From Hypanus sabinus (lineage: Eukaryota): a stretch of DNA of 64,000 nucleotides. The stretch is taken from NCBI RefSeq assembly GCF_030144855.1, contig NC_082715.1, forward strand, positions 39,680,001 through 39,744,000, written 5' to 3'. Made by a program: the position numbers and the translations under genes. The notes below the pieces were generated by a model. It was not told where the DNA came from. It worked only from the letters and a program-made list of their open reading frames with translations, and did not search any database. Positions 38,691 to 51,215 of the stretch are shown here, piece after piece. Every line of letters starts with the position of its first letter. Within the stretch, counting starts at the first letter, position 1.

Positions 38691-40547
38691 TATAAAAAAT
38701 AGATATGATGGGTCCACGAGTAAAGTGAAAGGCTGACAAGTTTAGGAAACTCTGACTGATGAGAGAAATTGTGGTTCTGATCAGGAAAAATAACAGAGAT
38801 ATACTCTGGGTTCAGGCAGTTGACAATAGCACAGAGTATTTAAGAGGGGAACTCGACCAGGCAAAAAGAGGGTATAACATGCAATTGGTAGGCTGGGCTA
38901 TGGAAAATCCCAAGAGATTCTATAGGTATATTCAGAGTAAAAAGTGGCCTGGGAGAGAAAAGGTCCTCTTAAAGATCAGCATAGGCACATGTGTAGAGCC
39001 AGAAGATGGGTGAGATTTTAAATGAATATTTCTCTTCAGTTTTCATAATAGGGAAAATGATGGGTGCTAAAGAAATGTAAAAAATGAGTGATGATGTCTT
39101 TCATCACATACATATTCCCAGGGAGGAGGACTGGCAGCCTTAAAGCACATTAAAGTGGATAAATTTCTGAGCCTTGACCAAATGCACCTTCAGGCCCATG
39201 GGAAGCCATGGAAGAAAACCTAGAGGCCCTTGCCGAGACGTTTGCTTCAGTTTTAGCTGCAAGTTATGTTCCAGAAGACTGGAGGAATGCTAAGGTTATG
39301 TCATTATTTAAGAAAGACAGCAAAGATACATCAGGATCTATAGGTCAGTAAGTCTATCGGTGGTGGCAAGTTACTGGAGGGAATTCTGAGGGGCAGGATC
39401 TATCAACATTTGGATTGGCAAGGTCTACATAGGGAGAGTCAGCATGGCTTTGTGCATGGTAAATTGTGTCTGACAAATTTCTCGAGATTTTGGTAGAGGT
39501 AACCAAGAGGCGAGATAAGGGTAAAGCAGTGGTTGTTGGTATGGACTTTTGCAAGGCCTTTGCCAAGCTCTTGCATGACAGGCTTGTCTGAAAGGTGAGA
39601 TTGCATGTAATCCAGGGACAAGTACCCAAATGGATTCACATTTGGCATGATGATAAGAAATTATAAGTGATGGTCAGAGAATTTTTCTTGGACTGGAGGC
39701 CTGTGAACAGTGGCGTGCAAAAGGGGTCATTGCCAGGACTTCAGATGTTCAATACTTATATTAAAAATTTGGATGTGAATGTACAAAGCACAGTTGGTAA
39801 GTTTGTGAATGATACTAAAATAAGTGGTACCACAGATAGTGAAGAAGGTTTCCAAAAACCACCGAGGGACTTCGATCAGCTCGGAAGGTAGATTTCCAAA
39901 TAGCTTTCAATTAAGCTGAGTACAATGTGTTGCATTTTGGAAGTCATACAAGGGCATCACTTGTACAAGAATGGTCAGCCCCTGGGAAGTAGTGTGCAAC
40001 AGTGGGACCGAGGAAGGACATGAAAGTGGCATCACAGAAAGACAAGAGAATGCAGAAGGCATTTTAGCTTGCTGGCCTTTATCAGTCAAGTTACTGAGTA
40101 CAGGGTTTAAGACTCTATGTTACAGTGGTACAAGATATTAGTGAGACCATACTTGAAATATTATGTCCTATTTTGATATAGTTAAATTGGAAAGAGTGCA
40201 GAGAAGATTTACAGAGGTGCTGTCAGTACTCAAGGGCCTGAGCTACAGGGAGAGATTTGACAGGGCAGGGTTTTATTGCCTGGAACAGACGATGTTGAAG
40301 GGTGTCCTTAGAGAGGTGTTTAAAATCATGAAGGGAATAGATACTATGAACTTTGAGATTGGGTGAGTACGCATTGTATTTTTCTCAGTGAAGGGGAACA
40401 AAAGTCAGAGGACATAGGTTGAAGTTGAGAGGTGTAAAATTTAAATGAGATCGGAGGGGCAACACGTACATGCAGAGGGTAGTGTAAGTATGGAGTGAGC
40501 TGCCAGAGAAAGTGGTTGAAGTTGGTAAAATAACAGCATTTAAAGCA

Positions 40548-41145
40548 AAAACACAGGAGAAAATCTGCAGATGCTGGAAATCCAAGCAACACACACACAA
40601 GATGCTGGAGGAACTCAGCAGGTCAGGCAGCATCTATGGAAAAGAGTACAGTCAACGTTTCGGGCTGAGATCAGGACTGAAGAAAAAAAGGCAAGAAATC
40701 AGAGTTAGAAGATGGTGGGAGGGGAGGAAGAAACACAAGGTGATGGGTGAAACTGGGGTGGGGGTGGGGGAGGGTTGAAGTAAAGAGCTGGGAAGTTGAT
40801 TGGTGAAAGAGATACAGGGCTGGAGAAGGGGGAATCTGATAGGAGAGGACAGAAGGTCATGGAAGAAAGAAAAGGGGGAGGAGCACCAGAAGGAGGTGAT
40901 GGGCAGGCAAGGAGATAAGGTGAAAGAGGGAAAAGGGGGTGGGAATGGTAAAGGGGGGAGGGACATTACTGGAAGTTTGAGAAATTAATGTTCATGCTAT
41001 CAAGTTGGAAGCTACCCAGATGGAATATAAGGTGTTGCTCCTTGACCCTGAATGTGTCCTCATTGTGACATTGACATGTTGAAATGGGAATGGGAATTGG
41101 AATTAAAATGGGTGGCCACCAGGAGATCTTGCTCTTTCTGGCGGA
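40548..41145 (-). mobile_element. Penelope-like element 3' part nested in CR1
   Basis: Penelope end (gcagatgctggaaatccaagcaacacaca...), polypyrimidine UTR and EQHLIFHLGSFQ-like C-terminus. Confidence 0.85.
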
Positions 41146-41889
41146 CTTAGGACATTAGGATAAGTACATAGGGAGGACGCGTTTAGAATGATATGGGGCT
41201 AGCACAGGTAAATTGGACTCGCTTGGTGGGCACTATGGTCAGTATGGATGAAGATCCTGTTTTCACGTTGGTTCACTCTTTGACACTATGACATATAAGA
41301 GGACACTTCTGGCTGCAGAGAGAGAAAGCAGAAGAATTTCAGTTGGCTGTAAAGCACTGCTAGGATAATATAGGTATTTGCACCAAACTGCAATTTCCAC
41401 TCAAGCTATTTTATACTAACAAGGATATCTGTTGAAAACACTCAAGGCACATTTTTAACTGATAACTTCTGTCAAGACCTAAGCCTCAAGAGCTTCTATC
41501 AGTCAAGCCTTAATTATGAAGCTTCGTCTTTCACCACGATTATTTCAGGCCTTGGAATAAACCAGAGTGAAGTGATTACTCCCAATTATCTATGTTGTAT
41601 ACTCAATCTGACAAATTTCAAAAATAACTTTAGACAAGAATTGGAAATTACTGTAGTCTGAGAAAACTTGTACAGATTATTCATATTTTTTCAAGAATAT
41701 TATACCGTTATTTATTACTTACACAACACAAAAGGATAAGATTTGGGAGAATGAGTCCAAGATGGCCTCCAACAAGACAATCCCATCATCCATCACTCCC
41801 ATTCCTGTGATTTTTAAAAATATTTCCCTATTGCTCAGGAACCTATTCTATCAGAAATGCCCACAGCTCACCTTTGATCCTTTTGCCAC

Positions 41890-42035
41890 TGTACCAATTA
41901 ATATCTCAGTTCAGAAGGGGGGAGGAAATTGGAGAACCTGGCAGAAGTCCATAGAGTGTGTAAACTCCACACAGACAGTCTTCCTAGATCAGAATCAAAC
42001 GTGTCTCCCTGGAACTGTGAGAGTGCAGTGCTAAG
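41890..42035 (-). mobile_element. V-domain SINE 5' remnant
   Basis: ggaggaaattggagaacctgg...aaactccacacagacag is the reverse of the V-core and head. Confidence 0.55.
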
Positions 42036-42852
42036 TGTTGCTCTTTAAAACTGTCACTGTTCTGGTGATGAAATGATAATTTTGTTAAAAGTGCAAAGTC
42101 CTTGTGAGTATTAATTTCACTTCTCATCCATTTAAGCAGTGCAAAAAAATATACATAAACAAATAAATTTTGTGTGTAGCATTGCATGGAACAATGTATT
42201 CCTAATTCATAAATAGCAAGTATTGTGAGTCTAATCGGAACAAAGCCAGTTTGATACAAAGAGTGGAAGGATTGCTGCCAACTGTTTTAGTAAATTGTCT
42301 TGTTAATAGTGAGAATAAGATAGAAAACAATAGATACCTCAATGAGAAAGTGTCCTAACATAATTTTTTTTCTGTTGGAAGAAAACAGGTCAAACATTTA
42401 ATGGCTTTACATTGCTGTTCAAAATACATTTGGACTCCCATTAAGTGCTTCCTTATATGCAGAAATCCTGGTCGTTCAGCATCCAGCTCACTGGCGATGT
42501 TTGCCCAGCTCACATTGAACTAAATAGAGCCTAATTCCAGTGGTCCCTTCCAATCCAACTTCTTCTGCTTGCTTTTGAATTATTGGGACTGCTGCTCCCT
42601 CTCACTTCCGAGTCACTGGGAAAGCTCCTGTTCCCATCTCCTGATTCAGTGGGGTGCTCATTTCCAAGCTCTCTTTAAGCCACACAGAACACCTCCCCCC
42701 ACACCCCACTCCAGCTCTCCTGTAAACTTACTAAGTTTTACTAGAAAACGTACAATACTGTGGAACATGTAATGGAATGGACTGCAGGAGGAGGTAGGTA
42801 AACTATCATATCTTGCAGACAAGAGGCAAGTGTGCTCAAACAGGATGATGTA

Positions 42853-43235
42853 CAGTGGATTCTGGTTAATTGGGACACAATCAGACCAGCACATTTTGAC
42901 CCAATTAAGTGGCTGTCCCTATTGAAGTTTCATGGAAATAGATAATTTATTATTCAGTATAAAGGTATAAAAAAGACAAACTACTGTTGAACTGAGCAAC
43001 AAATTATGTATTTAAATAAAATGCAGAACAAATTAGAACACTACCAATACTACTACTGCACTCTACTGTACTAAAAATGTGCATTAGTTCCTAATAGTTA
43101 TCAATGGAAGAATTAATTCAGTGTATGCTGTCACATTCTTTTCATTGACTGTAAATGAATAAAATCAGCTGAGACACCTAGTATAGATAAACGACGACCT
43201 CCATGCAATGATTCTGACAATTGCATCCTTCATTT
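42853..43235. mobile_element. Tigger/pogo-like DNA transposon end
   Basis: TA followed by CAGTGGATTCTGGTTAATTGGGAC with subterminal ccaattaa repeats; other end not found. Confidence 0.5.
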
Positions 43236-43237
43236 TA

Positions 43238-43878
43238 AGACCATAGGATACAGAAACAGAATCAAGCCTTTTGGCCCAATGCGTCTTCTCCGCCATTTCA
43301 TCATGGCTGATCCAATTTTCCTCTCAGCCCCAATCTCTTTCTTGCTCCCTGTATTCCTTCATGTCCTGACCAATCAAGAATCTATTGACCTCTACATTAA
43401 ATATACATACAGACTTGGCCTCCACAGGCACCTGTGACAAAGAATTCTATATATTTACCACTCTCTGGCTAAAGAAATTCCTTCACATCTCCAGTATAAA
43501 AGGACACCCCTCTACTCTGAGGCTGTATCCTCTGGTCTTAGACTCTCTCACCACAGGGGACATCCTCTCCACAGCCACTCTATCAGGGCCTTTCATCATT
43601 CAATTGGTTTCAATGAGGTCATCTCTCATTCTTCTGAATTCTGGTGAATACAGGCCCAGAGCCATCAAACGCTCTTCATATGATAAGCCAATCTATCCTG
43701 AAATCATTTCTATGAACCTCCTTTGAACCCTCTCCAGTTTCAGCACACCCTTTCTAAGATAAGGGGCCCAAAACTGCTCACAATACTCCAAGTGAGGCTT
43801 CATCAGTGCTTTATAAAGTCTCAATGTTACATTCTTGCTTTGATATTCTACTCCTGTTGAAATGAATGCTAACATTTC
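43238..43878 (-). mobile_element. CR1 3' fragment
   Basis: KPHLEYCEQFWAPYLRK...LERVQRRF; same family as 15927-16520. Confidence 0.9.
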
Positions 43879-43984
43879 AACAGGACTAGAATGAATGGCA
43901 TAATTCTAAACAGTCTTCTGGAATTGAAGGGTAAGAGTGCATGTGTGCATAAATTGTTGAAAGCAGCAGGATTTTTGGATTGGG

Positions 43985-44150
43985 TTTGGTTTATTATGGT
44001 CACGTTTATGAAAATAGAGTGAGAAGCTTGCTTTGCACACTGTTCAGACAGATCAAAATCATTGCACAGTGCATTGAGATAGAACAAGGTAAAACAATAA
44101 CAATGCAGAGTGAAGTGTAACAGCTATGGAACAAATGTAGTGCAGGTAAA
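43985..44150 (-). mobile_element. Rex1 3' UTR fragment
   Basis: Aligns by eye with the Rex1 tail at 46925-47090. Confidence 0.6.
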
Positions 44151-44459
44151 TTATTACTGATGGTGACAATCTGTCTTTTTGGGGTAGCTTTATAGCATCA
44201 GCATTCTAGTGTCTGAGATAAAACCAAACAAACCAGTGAGAACTTTAATGGAACCTAACAGCATGATGAAGATTAAATACGGAACACTGCAGATACAGTG
44301 AAAAAGAAATCCAATAAATTATACAACTGGGTTTAATTGGAAGTTTTCACAGGTTAAACTATTTCAGGTATAAATGTGGAAAGTACATTATCCCTAAATT
44401 TAAGAATTAAAGCTTTGCATGCAAAACTGACATTGTGTGCTACCAAACCAAAGGAGATG

Positions 44460-45295
44460 AATTTATCAAGAAAGTATTATGCAAATGCATTGCACTGGAA
44501 AGGTTGAGTTATCAGGAGAGATTGGATAAATTAGCTCTTTTTTCCCTGGAGTGAGGGAGGCTGAGAGGTGACATGTTAGAGACAAATAAAATTATGAGAG
44601 ACAGTAGATGTTTCCCATGGCCATCACCATTACGTGCCGTGTCATATGACATAGGCCATCATGGTCTTTCCGTGACAATAATTGTTCTTGGCAATTTTCT
44701 CTACAGAAGTAGTTTGCCATACCCTTTTCTGGGAAATGTCTTTACAAGATGGGTAACCCCAGCCACAATCAATACTCTTCAGAGATGGTCTGCCTGGCGT
44801 CAGTGGTTGCATAACCAGGCCATGTGCTATGCACCAGCTGCTCATACGACCATCCACCACCTGCTCCCATGGCTTCACATGACCCTAATCGGTGGGGAAT
44901 GGCTAAGTAGGTGCTGCAGCTTGCCCAAGGGTGACCCGCAGGCTAGCGGAGGGAGGGAGTGCCTTACTACTCCTTGGTAGAGACATTTATTCACCCTGCC
45001 ACCTATGGCAGTGGTGTCTGGAACAGGAGGGCAGAGGTTTAAGATGAGAGGAGCACTGAATGGTAATTTCTTTTCACACAGTGTGGTTAGTAACTGAAGT
45101 GAGTTGCCAGAGGGGGTATTGGAGGCTGAGGCATGAACAACATTTTTGGAGTTATCTGAACAGGTACTTGAGCATGCAAGGCAAAGAAATATATGAAATT
45201 AATACAGGCAAGTAGGATTATTACAGATATGTATAGTTGTCAGCATACACTTGATGGGCCAAAAGGCCTGTTTCTACACTGTATTAACTCTAAGA
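44460..45295 (+). mobile_element. CR1 3' fragment, interrupted at 44622-45001
   Basis: LSYQERLDKL.LFSLE.GRLRGDMLE.NKIM; tail aaggcctgtttctacactgta. Confidence 0.75.
44622..45001 (-). mobile_element. RTE-related short non-autonomous element
   Basis: TSD cccatggc (44614-44621) / cctatggc (45002-45009); minus-strand GGCAAAC(C/T)ACTTCT motif; (TGA)-like tail; second copy at 61268. Confidence 0.65.
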
Positions 45296-47098
45296 CAACA
45301 TGAAATGCAATGGCCCATGCACCAATGTTACTTGAGGAAGATTTAGTGTACCTGGCTCATAGTGGAAATAATGTTGAACACAGGGTTGCTTATTTGGGAA
45401 ATGGTTATGTCACATTGTAAAATAGGGCGGTTTCTCAAGTTGAATCTGAGGTAGTTTAGTGAGGAATAAGTGATCATCCTATATTATTGATCTTGTTGCT
45501 CTAATCTATAAATTGATCCTCAAGGCCTCCTGCTGGGACTCCGGTCTATTCTGGGGTTGGCCAGCAGGGGCAGACATAGTTCCCTGGAGTTTTCAGAACT
45601 GATCAGACTCTCTTGTTATTGATCATTGACTGCTCATGATCCTAATTCATGCCTGTGTATTTAAACCCTGCTTCCTGTCCTTTACCTTGCTTGGTCACTG
45701 AGAGCCTCTGGTATTTGTGAGTCCTTTCTGTGTTTTTTTATGTCTGCTTACTGCCTGCCATTTATGGATCTTATTTGTGCCTCAAGATCTTGGATTATTG
45801 AACTTGTGTGTGGATTACTGCATTTTTGGGTTGGACTAGTTGCCTGTGCCTGTTTTTTTTTCCCCATCTTGGCTAAAAGAAAGTAAAACTTGCTTTTGAA
45901 TCTACAAATCAACTCCTGCCTGCCCCGTGGTTCTGCAATTGGGGTCACTCTCTATCCTCACTGATGCAGTGGCAGAGTGCTGAACTTTCTAGCTGGCAAC
46001 CTGAGTTCGATTCCTGATTGGGCCATTTCCTTACAGCCACCAATCCCAAACATTCTCCACACTGATCAAGTGAGGACAAAAAAATATATACAATGAATGC
46101 CTACATATATCAATGATAATATATATAAAATATAGAAAATTATCAGATACAAAACAGGCAATATCCTTAACAACCAATTCAAGCTATGGCATAAAAAAGC
46201 CAGTTCAACACTGCCCTGATCCCTGGATTGAGCTGCCAAAGCTCAGCAATCACAAACACCTTTAGTCAAAGCTTCCTTCCATTGGCTAGGCCGAAGCCAC
46301 CTGGAAACACCAGAAAGGATAACTGGGAAAGTACAAAATATATTCAAGGAAGTCACTGTGTGATACTGTTAGGTAACACAATTTATATTAATTATTATCT
46401 AAGCATTCATGATCATCTTAACACTGTTCTTTCAGGGCGAGATGTGTACCTGGAGTGTGAAGAAGTCATGGATCGGACAGATTGGAAGTACTGTACTCAT
46501 GTGCAGAGCGAAAAGCCTGGAGGAGCAGGCCCTAAATACTTAATCTTCAGAGGAATCATGGAAGATTTGAGTTGATTGAATAAATAAAAGATTACAGAAA
46601 ATAATTAACTGATCCAAAATGGTTTGAGCACCAGCTGACTCCCTTGCCCTTCTTTCCTGCTCTATCATATCACTGGTATCATCTTCAATATACAACAGGA
46701 GGTCCTCTTGCTCTTCCTCTTTCACTCTTTTTACTGCATGTAGTTGTATAAAAAGTGGATATAAAAGCAATGAGTCAAATCTATTAAATCTAGAGAAATT
46801 GTTTTAAAGCCAGTTAGGTTATAAGATGTTCACTTGAATTTATTTCCATATAATTGCCTTGAAAGCAGATTGGAATTTATGGCAAATTCAGCAAGTGGTG
46901 TTTTGAGCTTAAAATTAATAAGGTATTGGTTTATTATTGTCACATGTAGCAAGAAACGGTGAAGAGCGTATTTTGCATACTGCCCACACAATCAAATCAT
47001 TACCACATTGTGTTGAGGTAGAACAAAGGAAAACAATAACAATGTGGAATAAAGTGTAAAAGCCACAGAGGAAGTGAAGTGCAGGTAAATTATAATGT

Positions 47099-47310
47099 TG
47101 TAGCGATGTACTACATACAGAGCTAGAGACAACACGCAGTTGGTAAATTGTTTCGAGATTAGTTTATTCAAACTTCGTGGTGCTGGCATTTAATCCCTAG
47201 CGCCCGCCCTCTCCGGGCAGAAATGGCATCAGAGGTGCATCACCAAAGTCTCCCCCTGCATGCTGGCGATTTGTGAGCCGGTTCGCCTGCGCAGAAAGTG
47301 GGTTGCCACA
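47099..47310 (-). repeat. 3' LTR
   Basis: TGTAG...CCACA; adjacent C-run at 47311-47327 is the minus-strand polypurine tract. Confidence 0.95.
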
Positions 47311-50300
47311 TAACCACCCCCCCCCCGAACCAGCGATACACCCCCCAATGTCCACAGTCTGGATCAGCCTCTGTTTGGGAGGTCTGCCTCTGTGCCATGG
47401 TGCCTGAACCTCGACCGGCTGCGCCAAGTCCACATGGGTTGGTTTGAGTCGGTCCACCGTGAAAACCTCCTCTTTCCCCCCAGTGTCCAGAACGTACGTG
47501 GACCCGATGTTGTTGATCACCTTGAACAGCCCCTCATACGGCCGCTGTAGTGGTGCCCGGTGTCCGCCCCTTCATACAAACACGAACTTACAGTTCCTCA
47601 GGTCTTTGGGTACATGGGTTGGGGTCCGTCCGTGCTGTGAAGTTGGCACGGGGGCCAGGTTGCCGAGTCTTTCGCGTAGTCTGTCCAGGACTGCTGCGGG
47701 TTCTTCCTCTTGCCCCCTTAGGGCTTGTATGAACTCTTCCGGGACGACCAGGGGTGCGCCGTACAGCAACTCAGCCGACGAAGCGTGCAGATCCTCTTTG
47801 GGAGCTGTGCGAATTCCAAGCAGGACCGAAGGAAGCTCGTCTGCCCCGTTAGGTCCTCACAGGCGGGCCATGAAAGCTGACTTCAAGTGACGGTGGAAGC
47901 GTTCCACTAGTCTGTTCGACTATGGGTGGTAGGCAGTTGTGTGGTGCAGCTGTGTTCCTAACAGGTTGGCCACAGCCGACCACAGGCTGGTGAACTGGGC
48001 GCCTCTGTCAGAGGTAATGTGGGCCAGTATCCCAAAGCATGCTACCCAGGTTGCGATCAGTGCTTGGGCGCAGGAATCGGCAGATATGTCGGTGAGCGGG
48101 ACCACCTCTGGTCACCTCGTGAACCGGTCTACCATAGTTAGGAGGTACCGCGCTCCTCGGGACACTGGTAGGAAACCCACGATATCCACATGAATGTGGT
48201 CGAACCTCCGGTGGGTGGGTTCGAACTGCTGTAGCGGGGCTTTAGTGTGCCGCTGCACCTTGGCTATTTGGCACTGCTCGATATGGGTGGGCCAAACCGT
48301 GTATGGAGTCGAAAACTCGCTACCTCCAGGCTGCCGGGACGATGGGGCAAGATTGACCGGTAGCCACGTCGCACAGGAGGGTCCTATCACCTGGGCCTAC
48401 GAGAAAGTCCTGCAGCTGCAAACCCGAGACTGCGGTCCTGTAGCTGGGCATCTCTTCGTCTGCCTGCTGCGCCTCCGCCAGTGCTGCATAGTCCACCCCC
48501 AGGGACAGGGCCTGGACAGCTGGTCTGGAGAGTGTGTCCGCCACGACAGTGTCCTTTCCCGAGACATGCTGGATGTCCGTCGTGTACTTGGAGATGTAGG
48601 ACAGATGTCACTGCTGGCAAGCCAACCAGGGATCAGACACCTTCGTGAACGTGAAGTTCAACGGTTTGTGGTCCGTGAAGGTGGTGAATGGCCTGCCTTC
48701 CAAGAAATACCTGAAATGCTGGATTGCCAGATACAGCTCCCGGTCGAATGCACTGTACTTGAGTTCGGGTGGTCGTAGGTGCTTGCTGAAGAACGCCAGG
48801 GGTTGCCAGCGCCCCTCGATGAGCTGCTCCAGCACCCCACCGACTGTTGTGTCAGATGTGTCCACCGTGAGGGCGGTCAGAACATCCGTTCTGGGGTGCA
48901 CCAGCATCGCAGCATCTGCCAAGGCTTCCTTGGCCTTAACGAAAGCGGCTGCGGTCTCCTCATCCCAAGTAATGTCCTTGCCTTTACCCAACATCAGGGT
49001 GTACAAAGGGCGCATGATATGGGCTGCTGAGGAAGGAAACGGTGGTGGAAATTCATCATACCAACGAACTCCTGCAGGCCTTTGACCGTGTTGGGCTGGG
49101 CAAAGTGGTGGATCGCGTCTACCTTGGTGGGCAGAGGTGTTGCCCCGTCTTTGGTAATCCTGTGGCCCAGGAAGTCAATGGTATCGAGACCGAACTGGCA
49201 TTTGGCTGGGTTGATCGTGAGGCCAAAATCACTCAGGCGGGAGTAGAGCTGGCGGAGGTGGGACAGATGCTCCTGGCGACTGCTGGCTATAAGGATGTCG
49301 TCCAAATAGATGAACGCAAAGTCCAGGTCGCATCCCACTGCATCCATTAGCCGCTGGAACATCTGTGCAGCATTCTTCAGGCCGAACGGCATTCGGAGGA
49401 ACTCGAACAGGCCGAACGGGGTGATGAGTGCTGTTTTGGGGGATGTCTTCAGGGTGCACCGGGATTTGATGGTATCCCTGGACAAGGTCTACTTTGGAAA
49501 AGATTCTTGCCCCGCGCAGGTTTGCTGCAAAGTGCAAATGTGCGGCACGGGGTAGCGGTCTGGAGTGGTAGCCTCGTTCAGTCTGCAGTAGTCGCCGCAT
49601 GGTCTCCAACCCCCGGCTGCTTTGGGCACCATGTGCAGGGGGGAGGCCCATGGGCTGTCGGACCTCCGTACGATCCCCAATTCCTCCATCCTCTTGAACT
49701 CCTCCTTCGCCAGGCGGAGCTTTTCAAGGGGGAGCCTTCGAGCGCGGGTGTGGAGGGGTGGTCCCTGGGTCAGAATGTGGTGCTGTACCCCGTGTCTGGG
49801 CATGGCTGCTGTGAACTGCGGCGCCAGAATCGATAGAAAGTCCGCCAGGATTCTGGTGAATTCGTTGTCCGACAGCGTGATGGAGTCCAGGTGTGGGGCC
49901 GGCAACTTGGCTTCACCCAGGGAGAATGTCTGGGAAGTCTCGGCATGTACCAGTCTTTTCCCTTGCAAGTCGACCAGCAGGCTGTGAGCTCGCAAGAAGT
50001 CTGCCCTCAGGAGTGGTTGGGCCACTGCGGCCAGCGTGAAGTCCCACATGAACCTGCTGGCACTGAACTGCAGCTGCACTGTGCGGGTGCCGTAGGTCTG
50101 TATTGTGCTGCCATTTGCAGCCCTCAGGGTGGGTCCTGGCTTCCTGTTGCAGGTGTCGTATCGTCGGGGCCAAGACACTGATCTCCACTCCGGTGTCAAC
50201 CAAGAAGCGGCGTCCTGACTGTTTGTCCCAGACGTACAAGAGGCTGTCCTGGTGGCCAGCCGCCATAGTCATTAGCGGCTGCTGGCCCTGGCCCTTGCAG

Positions 50301-50988
50301 GGCGGGCGACAACAGCGGACTTCTGTGCCCCACCACTGGTGGTAGAAACACCACTGTTCACTGTCCTCCTCACTCCTGCCTCTGTGTTGTATGCGCTCCC
50401 CTGCTGGGCTTGGTCTGGTCTGATGTTGGGTACGTGGCCTGGTAATCTGACCGACAGACGCCACGCTCTCCCTCTTGGCTTTCCACAGCATGTCTGCCCG
50501 GGCTGCCACCTTCCGGGGGTCGCTGAAATCTGCGTAGGACAGCAGCAGATGCATTCCTCGGGCAGCTGCTCTAGGAACGCTTGCTCGAACATAAGGCAGG
50601 GCTTGTGTCCATCAGCCAGGGACAGCATCTCATTCATCAATGCTGATGGCAGCCTGTCTCCCAAACCGTCCAGGTGAAGCAGGCGGGCACCCTGCTCACG
50701 CCGTGAGAGGCCAAAGGTCCCAATGAGCAGCGCTTTGAATACTTGATATTTGCCTTGTTCCGGGGGCGACTGTATGAAATCCGCAACCTGGGCGGCTGTC
50801 TCCTGGTCAAGGGCGCTCACCATGTGTTAGTAATGCGTGGAATCAGAGGTTATCTGCCGAATCTGGAACTGAGCTTCTGCTTGGCTAAACCACACGCGTG
50901 GTCGCAGCATCCAGAAAGTCGGCACTTTCAGCGAAACTGCGTGAACAGATGAAGAGTCGGTCATCTTTGGTCCAAATCCCATTTGGAC

Positions 50989-51002
50989 CGTCGGGGTCAC
51001 CA
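50989..51002 (-). promoter_or_regulatory. Primer-binding site, tRNA-Trp
   Basis: TGGTGACCCCGACG, 14 nt complementary to the tRNA-Trp 3' end, 1 nt inside the 5' LTR boundary. Confidence 0.85.
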
Positions 51003-51003
51003 A

Positions 51004-51215
51004 TGTAGTGATGTGCTACACACAGAGCTAGAGGCGACACACAGTTGGTAAGTCGTTTTGAGATTAGTTTATTCAAACTTCGCGGCGCTAGCATTTAATC
51101 CCTAGCGCCCACCCTCTCCGGGCGGAAATGACATCAGAGGTGCTTTACCAAACTCTCTCCCCGCGTGCTGGCTATTCGTGAGCCAGTTCACTTGCACAGA
51201 AAGTGGGTCGCCACT
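51004..51215 (-). repeat. 5' LTR
   Basis: Ungapped match to 47099-47310, 29 mismatches in 212 by hand count. Confidence 0.95.

Larger units (their letters stand above)
37985..41292 (+). mobile_element. CR1 LINE ORF2, old, with Rex1 and Penelope inserts
   Basis: ENPKRFYRYI, PEDWR, VGKFVNDTK, LERVQRRFT motifs. Confidence 0.85.
47099..51215 (-). mobile_element. Gypsy LTR retrotransposon, CsRn1 clade, both LTRs, decayed gag-pol
   Basis: Two 212-bp LTRs; ATGT TSD (47095-47098, 51216-51219); Gag Cx2Hx9Cx3C; protease LVDTG; RT MPFGLKNA and YLDD; RNase H TDHKPL; integrase HVDIVG and ITSDRGAQF; PR-RT-RH-IN order. Confidence 0.95.

Noticed and set aside
46228-46770. Two convergent ORFs, one acidic (EEEQEDLLLYIEDD)
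   Set aside because: No recognisable family and no convincing exon boundaries
47444-50677. Many plus-strand ORFs up to 194 aa
   Set aside because: Antisense shadows of the GC-rich Gypsy pol
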